A stretch of DNA of 64,000 nt. Origin: Deltaproteobacteria bacterium (GTDB lineage: Bacteria > Myxococcota_A > Polyangia > Polyangiales > Houyiibacteriaceae). A program made the position numbers and the translations under genes. Below the pieces are notes generated by a model, which ran no database searches, was not told where the DNA came from, and saw only the letters and a program-made list of their open reading frames with translations. Location: NCBI GenBank assembly GCA_034670305.1, contig JAXMNT010000002.1, positions 96,001 to 160,000 of the forward strand. Direction: 5' to 3'. Shown here piece by piece: positions 48,420 through 57,554 of this stretch (position 1 is its first letter; each line of letters opens with the position of its first letter).

Positions 48420-50286
48420 CGTCACCTCTCGAACCCTTCTCATCCGTTCGATTCATCGTTCGTGCACCGCGGAAAAGCACTGTGCGCTCATCCGTCAACT
48501 GCTGTGCCAGGGCGTGATCGCCGCGCCTGCGCGCTTCTACGATCGCGTCCTTAAGAGTGGCCAGCCTACGCTCGCGCCACTTTTTCTCCATTCGCGGGAG
48601 CGCATCCCGAAGTACGAACTGCCCCTCCGCTTCGTCGTACTTCTGCAGCGCCAGCCGCCCTTCCAACCATCCCACTGCTTGCTCCGTCAGCGCTGGATCT
48701 TCTCGAACTCGTTCCAGCAGTGCCGGTGCCTCCACCCCTCCGCTCGCTTCCACCAAGCGGGCGGTGGCAACAAACATGGCGCGAAGATCCGGACTCGTCA
48801 AAAGCTCACCAAATTCTTTTGCTTCCTCGGTCTTGAAAAGCGTCGGTACATCCAAAAGCGCCCCAAAAGCCTCGCGCTCGACGGGGGGCAACGCGAGCGG
48901 CCCTACCCGACCGCGAGGTTGCACCTTCGATACTGCCGGTGCCCGTGATCCCTTGCGAGAACGCACACCCCGTCGAAGCTGCTGCCGAACCGCGTCCACA
49001 TCGCGTACCCCGAACTTGCGCGCGACCCGCTCCACGTGCAGCCGCGCTTCGACCGGGCTGACTTTCATGAGGATCGGCCCGAGTTCGGCGATCGCCCGCG
49101 CCTTCTCGCTCGCATCGCGGCCCGCGCCGGCGGCGGCGGCGTCGATCAAGTGCTCCACGATGCCGGGCGCGGCATCGATGTGCCGCTGCAGCGCTTCGTT
49201 GCCCTCGCGCGTCAGAAACGTATCGGGGTCGTCGCCCGGAGGCAGCGTGACCACTTGGGTGGAGAGCCCGTACTTCTGGAGCACGTCGTACGACTTGCGC
49301 ACCGCGCGACCACCCGCCGCGTCCCCGTCGAAGAGCAAGACCACCCGCTCCGCGAACCGCTTGAGCAACTTGGCGTGGTCTTCGGTGAGCGAGGTTCCAA
49401 GCGGCGCAACCGCGTTGTCGAACCCGCCCTGATGCAGTTTCACCAGATCGAAGTTGCCCTCGCACACCACGACCCAGCCGCCTCGGCGGATGGGGACGCG
49501 CCCTTCGTGCAGGCCGTAGAGCACCTTGCCCTTGGTGAAGAGTGGGCTCTCGGGTGAGTTGACGTACTTCGCGCGCTTCGCGTCCTCGTCCTCCTCTTCC
49601 CCCGGCGGAGCGTCGAGCTGCCGTCCGCTGAACGCGACGATGCGTCCTTGGTGATCGCTCACCGGGAACATCAACCGATGCCGAAACCGGTCGTAGTGAC
49701 CGGACCCGTTCTTCTTGCCGACCAGCAGCCCGACGGCTTCCGCGTCGGACGGGGAGTGCCCCTTGGTGCGCAAGTGGTTGGTGAGCCCATCCCATCCGTG
49801 CGGCGCGTATCCAAGCCGGAACGACGCGGCGATCTCCGCGCTCACGCCGCGCGCCTCCCACGCCTCGCGTGCCATGGCACCCAGCGGATGGGCGGTGACC
49901 TGTTCGATGAAGTACCCCGCGGCGGCATCCACCACCGACGCGAGCCGGTCCGAGCGCTGCCGTTCGCGCCGCACTTCGGCGTCGCGCACTGGATCCGAAT
50001 CCGGCAGCTCGACACCGGCGCGCTCCGCGAGATCGCGGGCCACCTCGGGGAAACTCAGGCCCTCGATGCGCATCATGAACGCGAACACGTCGCCCGACGC
50101 CTGACACCCAAAGCAGTGGAAGAAGTGCCGGTTGGGGTGCACGTAGAACGACCCCGACTTCTCTTGGTGGAACGGACACAACCCCACGTGCGAGTTGCCC
50201 TGCTTCTTGAGCCGGACGAACTCCCCCACGAGCGCCACGATGTCGACCCGCGCTCGGATCTCCGCGATCACCGCATCGGGAATCAT
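48379..50286 (-). CDS. dnaG: DNA primase
   Basis: CPFHQEK..HCFGC zinc finger, [26 protein letters not shown] and FDGDAAG. 3' end overlaps the rpoD start by 41 nt. Confidence 0.97.
   Translation of the reverse strand: MIPDAVIAEIRARVDIVALVGEFVRLKKQGNSHVGLCPFHQEKSGSFYVHPNRHFFHCFGCQASGDVFAFMMRIEGLSFPEVARDLAERAGVELPDSDPVRDAEVRRERQRSDRLASVVDAAAGYFIEQVTAHPLGAMAREAWEARGVSAEIAASFRLGYAPHGWDGLTNHLRTKGHSPSDAEAVGLLVGKKNGSGHYDRFRHRLMFPVSDHQGRIVAFSGRQLDAPPGEEEDEDAKRAKYVNSPESPLFTKGKVLYGLHEGRVPIRRGGWVVVCEGNFDLVKLHQGGFDNAVAPLGTSLTEDHAKLLKRFAERVVLLFDGDAAGGRAVRKSYDVLQKYGLSTQVVTLPPGDDPDTFLTREGNEALQRHIDAAPGIVEHLIDAAAAGAGRDASEKARAIAELGPILMKVSPVEARLHVERVARKFGVRDVDAVRQQLRRGVRSRKGSRAPAVSKVQPRGRVGPLALPPVEREAFGALLDVPTLFKTEEAKEFGELLTSPDLRAMFVATARLVEASGGVEAPALLERVREDPALTEQAVGWLEGRLALQKYDEAEGQFVLRDALPRMEKKWRERRLATLKDAIVEARRRGDHALAQQLTDERTVLFRGARTMNRTDEKGSRGDDGDEGQQFEDHDA
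48773..48801 (-). promoter_or_regulatory. Putative internal rpoD promoter within dnaG
   Basis: TTGACG-17 nt-CATGTT on the minus strand, within an A/T-rich synonymous patch. Confidence 0.5.
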
Positions 50287-50403
50287 CCCCAACGCGCGCC
50301 TCCCCGATCCGTGATGCAGTCCTCCCCCATGAGGCCGGCCAGTGTGTGATCGCTGCGCAGCCAGTGCCAGGCGAGAATGCGTTCCTTGCCGCTGCGGGCA
50401 CCA

Positions 50404-50556
50404 GCTTCGGCATCGGCTTCATCGGCATCGGCTTCGGCATCGGCTTCGGCATCGGCTTCGGCATCGGCTTCGGCATCGGCTTCGGCATCGGCTTCGGCAT
50501 CGGCTTCGGCATCGGCTTCGGCATCGGCTTCGGCATCGGCTTCGGCATCGGCTTCG
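50404..50556 (+). repeat. (GGCATCGGCTTC)n 12-mer tandem array in the divergent dnaG intergenic region
   Basis: 11 perfect consecutive copies at 50424-50555 plus one at 50409-50420. Confidence 0.95.
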
Positions 50557-50604
50557 TGATCGGCCCTCGCTGGCCCTGCCGACGCCGACTGCTAGGACTG
50601 GGAC

Positions 50605-51396
50605 GTGTCGGACGCGTCAGCCAGCCCCGCCGTACCGCGTCCGCTCCGGCCGACGAAGTCCGTCGTGCAGGAAGTGTTGTTCGTGTACCTGGCGCTCTGC
50701 CTCGCCACGTTCGTGCTCACCTTGTTGCGGGCGGTACCGCTGCTCACCGACTACGTGCACCTCGGTGTGGGCGCGCTGTTTCTACTCACGGCGATGCGGC
50801 TCGCGCAGCGTGAACCCGGGGGATACGACCGCTTCGGGATCCGGCTCGGCGGGCTGCTCTCGCCCCACGCGGACGACGAACGCGATCCGGGGCCGCTCGG
50901 CCTCTACGATCTCGCGCGCACCATCCGAGCCGGACTGCCGAGCGCGTCGAAAGAGACGTTCATCGCGCTGGGTTTGGCCGCGGTGATCTTCCCACCGTTC
51001 GCGATCGGATTTCACTGGTACCACGGCGCCGCGCACCCATTTCGCTGGAACCCGCCGGACGAACTGGCGTCTTTCGTCGCGGCCCAGTTCGTGGTGGTCG
51101 CCCTCACCGAAGAGGCCTTCTTCCGCGGCTACGTGCAGACCCGTCTCGGAGACGTGTGGAAGCCGAGACGGTTCCTCGGCGCCCTCGTGCATCCGGCGAC
51201 GCTCCTGGTGCAAGCCGCACTCTTCGCGGCGGTCCATGTGATCGCGACCCCCAACCCCGCGCAGCTCGCCACATTCTTTCCGGGCCTCGTCTTCGGTTGG
51301 CTGCGCGGCTGGCGGGGCGGCATCGGCGCGGCGCTCGTGTTCCACGCGGTCTGCAATGTGTTCAGCGAGTTCCTGGTGCGCGGGTGGCTGCGATGA
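50605..51396 (+). CDS. CPBP/CAAX-type intramembrane glutamic endopeptidase (myxosortase-like)
   Basis: EEAFFRG, FAAVH, FFPGLVFGWLR, FHAVCN. Multiple TMs. Confidence 0.9.
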   Translation: MSDASASPAVPRPLRPTKSVVQEVLFVYLALCLATFVLTLLRAVPLLTDYVHLGVGALFLLTAMRLAQREPGGYDRFGIRLGGLLSPHADDERDPGPLGLYDLARTIRAGLPSASKETFIALGLAAVIFPPFAIGFHWYHGAAHPFRWNPPDELASFVAAQFVVVALTEEAFFRGYVQTRLGDVWKPRRFLGALVHPATLLVQAALFAAVHVIATPNPAQLATFFPGLVFGWLRGWRGGIGAALVFHAVCNVFSEFLVRGWLR

Positions 51397-52049
51397 GTGC
51401 TCGGCGCGCCGCCTTCTTCGACATGGACAAGACCCTCGTCCGCGTGAACACGGGCCGGCTCTACATGAAGTGGCGCATGGCGCGGGGCGAAGCCGGTTGG
51501 CGGGACATGGCGCGCTTCTCGCGCTGGATGTTTCGATACAGCCTCGGGTTGCTCGACCCGAGCGACATCACCCGACGTGCGGTCGGCACGCTGACCGGCA
51601 TCGAAGAAGCCACCTTCCGCCGCGAGCTCAGCGACTGGTACCAGACCCACGTGCGTCAACACATCTCCGAGGCCGCGCGGAGGGAGGTCGATCGATGCCG
51701 CGCGCGCGGCGACCAGTTGGTGGTGCTGACCGCCAGCACCCGCTACGCGGCCGACCCGCTCGCGCTCGAACTCGACATCGAACACGTGCTGGCCACCACA
51801 CTCGAAGTCTCGGGCGGCAAGTTCACCGGCGAGTGCGCGACGCTCTGCTACGGCGCTGGGAAAGTCGACGTGGCGCGCCAGTGGGCCGCGCAGCACGACG
51901 TCGATCTCCGCCAATCCGCCTTCTACACCGACAGCGTGAGCGACGCCCCGATGCTCGAAGTCGTTGGCGAGCCACGCGTCGTCAACCCCGACCTCCGCCT
52001 CGGCCGCCTCGCCCGCCAACGCGGCTGGCCCATCGACCACTGGCGCTGA
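51393..52049 (+). CDS. HAD-IB family hydrolase (SerB-like)
   Basis: FFDMDKTL, LTAS, GK, YTDSVSDAPML, VNPD. ATGA overlap. Confidence 0.92.
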   Translation: MSARRAAFFDMDKTLVRVNTGRLYMKWRMARGEAGWRDMARFSRWMFRYSLGLLDPSDITRRAVGTLTGIEEATFRRELSDWYQTHVRQHISEAARREVDRCRARGDQLVVLTASTRYAADPLALELDIEHVLATTLEVSGGKFTGECATLCYGAGKVDVARQWAAQHDVDLRQSAFYTDSVSDAPMLEVVGEPRVVNPDLRLGRLARQRGWPIDHWR

Positions 52050-52057
52050 CCCGGACG

Positions 52058-52126
52058 TCGGATTCGGATTCGGATTCGGATTCGGCTTCGGATTCGGATT
52101 CGGCTTCGGCTTCGGCTTCGGACTCG
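52058..52126 (+). repeat. (TCGGAT/TCGGCT)n hexamer array
   Basis: About 11 units directly after the HAD stop. Confidence 0.92.
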
Positions 52127-52132
52127 CACCGA

Positions 52133-52208
52133 GGGCAAGGGCACGGGCAAGGGCACGGGCAAGGGCACGGGCACGGGCACGGGCACGGGCAACGGCAACG
52201 GCAAGGGG
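52133..52208 (+). repeat. (GGGCAA/GGGCAC)n hexamer array
   Basis: Ten consecutive GGG-N3 units, then CGGCAA x2 and GGGG. Confidence 0.92.
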
Positions 52209-52246
52209 TGTTCACGCGATCCGCGTCCCATGCTACCCAGCGAGGC

Positions 52247-53107
52247 ATGGCGAACCTCCAAGTGGAACCCCCTCCCCGGCTGGTCATCGAGCGGATCGTT
52301 CGGAACGCACTCGAGGAGGACATCGCGCGCGGCGATCTCACGACCGAGAGCTGCGTGCCGGTCGACGCGGTGGGGCGCGCCTCGATGAACGCGCGCGAGG
52401 CGCTGGTGCTCAGCGGTCTGTGTGTCGTGCGCGAAGTCTTCCGTCAGGTCGATGCGTCGGTCGTCGTGGATGCCAAAGCCAAAGACGGAGAATCGCTCCC
52501 GATCGGCGGCGTGGCGTGCGAGCTGCGCGGCTCGGCGCGCTCCATCTTGATCGGCGAACGCGTCGCGTTGAACTTCGTGCAGCGCATGAGCGGCGTCGCG
52601 ACCCTCGCCGCCCGCTTCGTCAGCGCGCTCCCCATCGGGTCCGCCACGCGCATCGTGGACACCCGCAAGACCACCCCCGGTCTGCGCGCGCTCGAGCGGT
52701 TCGCGGTGCGCTGCGGCGGTGCACACAACCACCGCGAGGATCTCTCGTCCGCGGTGTTGATCAAGGACAACCACATCGCCGCCGCCGGTGGCGTGAGCGT
52801 CGCGATCGAACAGGCGCGGGCCCGCGCGCCGCACACCAGCCGCATCGAGTGCGAAGTGGACACGTTCGAGCAGCTCGGCGAAGCGCTCGAAGCCGGCGCG
52901 GACATCATCATGCTCGACAACTTCGACGACGAAGAGGTCAAGCGGGCGATCCGGCTGGTCGATGGTCGCGCGGTGCTCGAAGCGAGCGGCGGCATCACCT
53001 TGAAGCGGATCCCGGCCCTCGCGGCGACCGGCATCGACGTCATCAGCTCGGGCGCGTTGACCCATTCCGCCCCCGCGGTCGATCTCGGACTCGATTGGCT
53101 GACGTGA
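52247..53107 (+). CDS. nadC: Nicotinate-nucleotide diphosphorylase (carboxylating)
   Basis: ALEEDI..GDLTT, ERVALNF, DTRKTTPGLR, LIKDNH, IMLDNF, EASGGI, GALTHS. Confidence 0.96.
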   Translation: MANLQVEPPPRLVIERIVRNALEEDIARGDLTTESCVPVDAVGRASMNAREALVLSGLCVVREVFRQVDASVVVDAKAKDGESLPIGGVACELRGSARSILIGERVALNFVQRMSGVATLAARFVSALPIGSATRIVDTRKTTPGLRALERFAVRCGGAHNHREDLSSAVLIKDNHIAAAGGVSVAIEQARARAPHTSRIECEVDTFEQLGEALEAGADIIMLDNFDDEEVKRAIRLVDGRAVLEASGGITLKRIPALAATGIDVISSGALTHSAPAVDLGLDWLT

Positions 53108-53116
53108 CTCTTCGCC

Positions 53117-53893
53117 ATGTTTGATGTGGCCCACTTCCAGAACCTGCGGATGGATCTGGGCGGATGGATCGGTGTCCCGTTCGAACGTTACGAGACGACC
53201 GACTCCACCATGGACGAAGCATTCGCCGCCTTGTCGGCGGGTGCCCCCGCTGGCCACCTCGTGTTGGCCGAGACCCAACGCGCCGGTCGCGGTGCCCACG
53301 GCCGGTCGTGGGTTGCGGCGCCCGGCGAGAACCTGACGTTCTCGTTCCTCGCCCCGGCGTCGCCGTGGACCACTCTGGCGGTCGGCGTGGGCATCGCCCG
53401 CAGCATCGACGCGTTGTTCGGCGAAGCGGGTGGCGAAGCTTCGGGTGCCGCATCGCGCACCCGGATCAAGTGGCCGAACGATGTGCTGCTCGGCGACGGT
53501 AAGGTCGCCGGCATCCTCGTCGAGAGCCGTTCGTCGGGGTCGCGCCCCCCGAAACTCGTCGTCGTGGGCGTGGGGTTGAACGTGCACCAGCGTACGTTTC
53601 CGCAGCAGGAGCAGGACAGCCTTCCCGCAACCTCACTCGCAACGACTGGGCTGAGCTGCGCCCGCGAAGAGGTGTTGGCCCGGACGACCCGCCACATCGA
53701 ACGTGCGCTCGAACTGCCACCAGCCCAGCTCGTCGATGCGGTCAACGCGCAACTGGCGTGGCGTGAGGAGCCGGTGCGACTCGACGAACACGAAGGGGTG
53801 CTGGTCGGTGTCCAGCCGAGCGGCGCGATTCGGATCCGGAGGCCCGACGGCAGCCACTCGGATCACATCGCCGGGCGCCTCCGCAGACGCTGA
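53117..53893 (+). CDS. birA: Biotin-[acetyl-CoA carboxylase] ligase (no N-terminal HTH)
   Basis: DSTM, QRAGRGAHGRSW, KWPNDV, KVAGILVE, GVGLNV. Confidence 0.9.
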   Translation: MFDVAHFQNLRMDLGGWIGVPFERYETTDSTMDEAFAALSAGAPAGHLVLAETQRAGRGAHGRSWVAAPGENLTFSFLAPASPWTTLAVGVGIARSIDALFGEAGGEASGAASRTRIKWPNDVLLGDGKVAGILVESRSSGSRPPKLVVVGVGLNVHQRTFPQQEQDSLPATSLATTGLSCAREEVLARTTRHIERALELPPAQLVDAVNAQLAWREEPVRLDEHEGVLVGVQPSGAIRIRRPDGSHSDHIAGRLRRR

Positions 53894-53895
53894 GT

Positions 53896-54921
53896 TCAGT
53901 ACCAGTAGATCGGACGCTGACCGTTGGGCGGCGGCGCCTGCTGCGGGGGCGGCTGGTTCGGCTGGTTGGGCGTCTGGTACTGGACCGGCGGCGGAGGCTG
54001 GGTCGGACGGATGGGCGGCCGGCGGTTCTGGTACCGACCATGTCCGGGAGGCGGACCCTGCACGCGGGGATCGGGGCGCAACAGCATCCCCGGACGAGCG
54101 CGCGGCGGCACTGGGAAGTACCACCAGCGCTGCCCGTGGAAGACCCAGTACCCGGCGACGCGACGCCGACCCGCTGGCATGCGCATGGTCGGGATGGTCG
54201 GCTGCGGCCGCACCTGGCGCGGCGGGCCCGCTTGCGTGCCGGGCTGTTGCGGCCCCTGCTGGATCTGAGGACCAGGACCGGCACCGGGCGCACCAGGGGC
54301 GGCCGGCACGGCGTTCGGGTTGGTGGGCGTGGGCACCGGCGCCGGTGGGGCCGGCGGCACTTGCGCGGGCTCGGCCTCCGGCTCAGCCGGGGTGTCCATC
54401 ACCGCGGGCGGGGGAAGTTCGGCAGGCGGGGGCGCGAGCGACGCGAACACCTGCGTCACGTACATGCCGTCCGGGCCACTCACCGAAGCCAGCCCGATGT
54501 GGGTGAACCCAGCGTCGAGCACCTGCGCCCGGTGCGCCTCGCTTCCCAAAATGGAACCGAACGCAGCCCGTGTGTTCTCTGCCCGGGCGATGTTCTCGCC
54601 GACTCGAAGCGTGCCCACGCCAGCTTCGCGCACCCGTCGACCGGGGTCCCCGGTCCGCTCGGACACGTGGACGAGTTCCTCGTGGCTGGCCATGTCGACG
54701 CTGTGGGCCTGGGCGGCGGCGTCCAGTCCTGGGTGCCGCTCGAGCGGAGGCACGCCCTCTTCGCCACGCAGCTGGTTGATCCGGGCGAGCATCGCGGTCT
54801 CGCCGTCGGAATCGAGGACGGGGGCAGCCGCCGGAGCGACGCGTGCCCGCCGACGTTGCGCGGAGGATGGGCTGGGGGCCAGCAGCGCGAGCGCAAGGAG
54901 GGAAACGAGAACTCGGGACAT
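53896..54921 (-). CDS. Exported CAP/SCP-domain protein with Pro/Gln-rich tail
   Basis: Signal peptide; INQLR, AAQAHSVDM, GENIA, SEAHRAQVL, YVTQVF. Confidence 0.85.
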   Translation of the reverse strand: MSRVLVSLLALALLAPSPSSAQRRRARVAPAAAPVLDSDGETAMLARINQLRGEEGVPPLERHPGLDAAAQAHSVDMASHEELVHVSERTGDPGRRVREAGVGTLRVGENIARAENTRAAFGSILGSEAHRAQVLDAGFTHIGLASVSGPDGMYVTQVFASLAPPPAELPPPAVMDTPAEPEAEPAQVPPAPPAPVPTPTNPNAVPAAPGAPGAGPGPQIQQGPQQPGTQAGPPRQVRPQPTIPTMRMPAGRRRVAGYWVFHGQRWWYFPVPPRARPGMLLRPDPRVQGPPPGHGRYQNRRPPIRPTQPPPPVQYQTPNQPNQPPPQQAPPPNGQRPIYWY

Positions 54922-55103
54922 GGGGCCAGTGTAAAGCAAGGCGCGGGCCAGAACACGCCAGTGAGATCACTGCGCTTTTGGGGAGTCCACGGCTTGGGGG
55001 GTGACAAACGGACGACCAGGCGAGAACCTTTGTTCACGCCCAGCGTCGACGGGAGGTGTGCGCCAACCCTCGCGTTTTGGCGGCAAGGGAGTAGAACCTG
55101 GAC

Positions 55104-55934
55104 GTGCCATACGCAGTGCTCGATGAAGTCGTGCTCCGGATCAGCGGCGACGACGCCCGATCCTGGTTGCAAGGTCAGATCACCGCCGACGTGGGAACCC
55201 CCGTTGGCTCCGCGCAGAGCTCCGGGTCCGTGCGGGCGTTGGTGCTGGACGTGCGGGGCAAGATCCTGGCGGCCCCTTGGGTGCTCGATCGCGGCGAAGA
55301 ACTCTGCCTCCGGGTGCCACGTCCAGCGTACGCCGACGTCGTGGCGCGCCTCGAACGGTACCTGGTCATGGAAGATGTGGACCTCGACGAGACCACGCTG
55401 AAGATCGTGCACTCCCTCGCCGGTCCGGCGGAAGTGGACGGAGTGCTGGAGTCGGTGCCCACGCCGCGGCTCGGCCCCGAGGGTCACGATCTGCTCACCG
55501 AGAACCCGGCCGATGTGCTGAAGGCCCTTGGCGCCACCGACATGGGCGAAGAAGCCTGGGAGAAGCTGCGGATCGAGGCGGGGGTGCCGCGCTGGGGGGT
55601 GGACTTCGGATTGGAGACCCTCCCCCAAGAAGCGGGTCTCACCGGTCACGTGTCGTTCTCCAAGGGCTGCTACCTCGGCCAGGAACCGGTCGTGATGCTC
55701 CAGCACCGGGGCAAACCACCCAAGAAGCTCGTACACCTCGTCTTCGACGGGGCGCCGGTCGCCGGCGACGACGTGCGGCAGAACGACCGGGTGGTGGGCA
55801 AGATCACCAGCGCTTCGGGGCGGTTCGCCATCGCCATGGTCAAACGCAAGGCACTCGAGGCGATCGACGAGGCACCTCTGAGTTCGAACGAACTGCGACC
55901 TTCGTCACTGGTCACCATCGGACAACAGGACTAG
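55104..55934 (+). CDS. ygfZ: Folate-binding Fe-S cluster repair protein YgfZ
   Basis: GDDARSWLQGQITAD, RIEAGVP, SFSKGCYLGQE signature. Confidence 0.9.
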   Translation: MPYAVLDEVVLRISGDDARSWLQGQITADVGTPVGSAQSSGSVRALVLDVRGKILAAPWVLDRGEELCLRVPRPAYADVVARLERYLVMEDVDLDETTLKIVHSLAGPAEVDGVLESVPTPRLGPEGHDLLTENPADVLKALGATDMGEEAWEKLRIEAGVPRWGVDFGLETLPQEAGLTGHVSFSKGCYLGQEPVVMLQHRGKPPKKLVHLVFDGAPVAGDDVRQNDRVVGKITSASGRFAIAMVKRKALEAIDEAPLSSNELRPSSLVTIGQQD

Positions 55935-55943
55935 GGTAGGCGC

Positions 55944-56351
55944 ATGTCCGAAGAACACGTGACCACCGAGCCGACGACGACCGACGCCACGCCCCCCGTC
56001 TCCCTCCCGGATGCGGACGAAGAGCGTGTCATCACCCTGACGCCCAAAGCGGCCGAAAAGGTGAAGGAGATCCGGGATTCTGAAGGCCTCGGGGATCAAG
56101 GACTGCGGGTGCGCGTCATCGGCGGCGGTTGCTCTGGCTTCAGCTACGACCTGTTCTTCGAAGACGAGACCACCGAACTCGATTCCACGTTCGAGTCGTT
56201 CGGCATCCCGATCTACATCGACATGATGAGCTTCCAGTACCTCGAAGGCACTGAGATCGACTACGTCGAAGGCCTGTACGGCGCGGGATTCAAGTTCATC
56301 AACCCGCAGGCCAAGCAGACCTGCGGTTGCGGCAGCAGCTTCTCCGCCTGA
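55944..56351 (+). CDS. erpA: A-type Fe-S carrier (HesB/IscA/ErpA family)
   Basis: GGGCSGFSY, YLEGTEIDY, NPQAKQTCGCGSSF. Confidence 0.85.
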   Translation: MSEEHVTTEPTTTDATPPVSLPDADEERVITLTPKAAEKVKEIRDSEGLGDQGLRVRVIGGGCSGFSYDLFFEDETTELDSTFESFGIPIYIDMMSFQYLEGTEIDYVEGLYGAGFKFINPQAKQTCGCGSSFSA

Positions 56352-56598
56352 TCGGAAATTCCACGGAGACGCGCGCTGAGACACCGATGAACCGGTGGTC
56401 TTGCCCCTCGATGGTGTGAGTTCTCGCGCGCCGACAGCGTCCAGCGGACGGGGTTTGAGGGTGGTGCCCTGAAGAAATATCCCTGCGGGTTGGCTGGACG
56501 TAACGCCGAGTGGTTCTCAGACGTCTGACCCCTGTCAGCGCACACACTGTCCATGAAATGTCAGGGACGTGTCGGGCGTTTGATCAGGCGAGGTCAAC

Positions 56599-57438
56599 GT
56601 GTACGAGAAAGATCAAGAACTGGACCGCTACATCGAGCGGGTTCGCGCGATTCCCAAGCTCTCCCGCCAAGAAGAGCATGACATGGCGATCCGCGCGCAA
56701 AACGGAGACGACCAGGCGGCCGACCAGCTGGTGGAAGCCAACCTCCGATACGTGGTCGCCATCGCCATCTCGTTCCGTCGGTACGGGATCAAACTCGGCG
56801 ACCTGATCGCAGAAGGAAGCGTGGGCCTCGTCACCGCGGTGAAGAAGTTCGACCCCGAGCGTGGCACCCGTTTTGTGACCTACGCCGGCTACTGGATCCG
56901 CGCGTTCATCCTCGAGGCCGTTGTCCGTTCACGCAGCCTGGTGGGTGGGGGCAGCGGTCCGCACCGCTCCAAACTCTACTTCCGACTGCGTCGCGAGCGC
57001 GCCAAAGTCGAAGCCATCGAGCGCGACCCGGATGTGCGGCTCGAGATGATGGCCGAACGCTTCGAGATGCCCATCCGCAAGATGGAGGGGCTGCTTCGCC
57101 GGCTCGACGGCAAAGATGTCTCGCTCGACGGCAAGGTGTTCGACGACTCGGGACTGAGCCTGGTCGACACCCTCGAGTCCGACGCCCCGGCACAGGACGA
57201 AGCGCTGGACCGACGGGACCGCCGCCAGGCGGTGCGCGACCGACTCGAGGACGCGCTCGGCGGGCTCGACCGGCGGGAGCGGTACATCGTCGAGAACCGC
57301 CTCCTGCGCGACGACGAGGACGAGATGACGCTGGCTGCCCTTGGGCGAGAACTCGGTGTGAGCCGAGAACGCGCCCGTCAGCTGGAGGTGCGGGCCAAGC
57401 AGAAGTTGCGCCGGCAACTCGCCGATTTGGCTGCTTGA
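56599..57438 (+). CDS. RpoH/sigma32-like sigma factor
   Basis: ANLRYVV, DLIAEGSVGL..AVKKFDPERG.RF, RpoH-box-like RSKLYFRLRRER, SRERARQLE. Confidence 0.9.
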   Translation: MYEKDQELDRYIERVRAIPKLSRQEEHDMAIRAQNGDDQAADQLVEANLRYVVAIAISFRRYGIKLGDLIAEGSVGLVTAVKKFDPERGTRFVTYAGYWIRAFILEAVVRSRSLVGGGSGPHRSKLYFRLRRERAKVEAIERDPDVRLEMMAERFEMPIRKMEGLLRRLDGKDVSLDGKVFDDSGLSLVDTLESDAPAQDEALDRRDRRQAVRDRLEDALGGLDRRERYIVENRLLRDDEDEMTLAALGRELGVSRERARQLEVRAKQKLRRQLADLAA

Positions 57439-57554
57439 CGCCGTAGCGGTTTTCCCCCTGGAAGCGGGGGTGTCTGCCGGGGCATCATGCCGGACATGGC
57501 CCGACTCTCGACGCTGCGTTTCATCCAGCCGACCTCTCGACGGACGGTGAGGAC

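Noticed and set aside
50342-50559. Low-complexity ORFs from arrays ((MPKP)n, (GFGI)n, (AS)n; likewise around 32083-32595, 34033-34926 and 51964-52341)
   Set aside because: Hexamer arrays without stop codons are open in all frames. No RBS or domain support.
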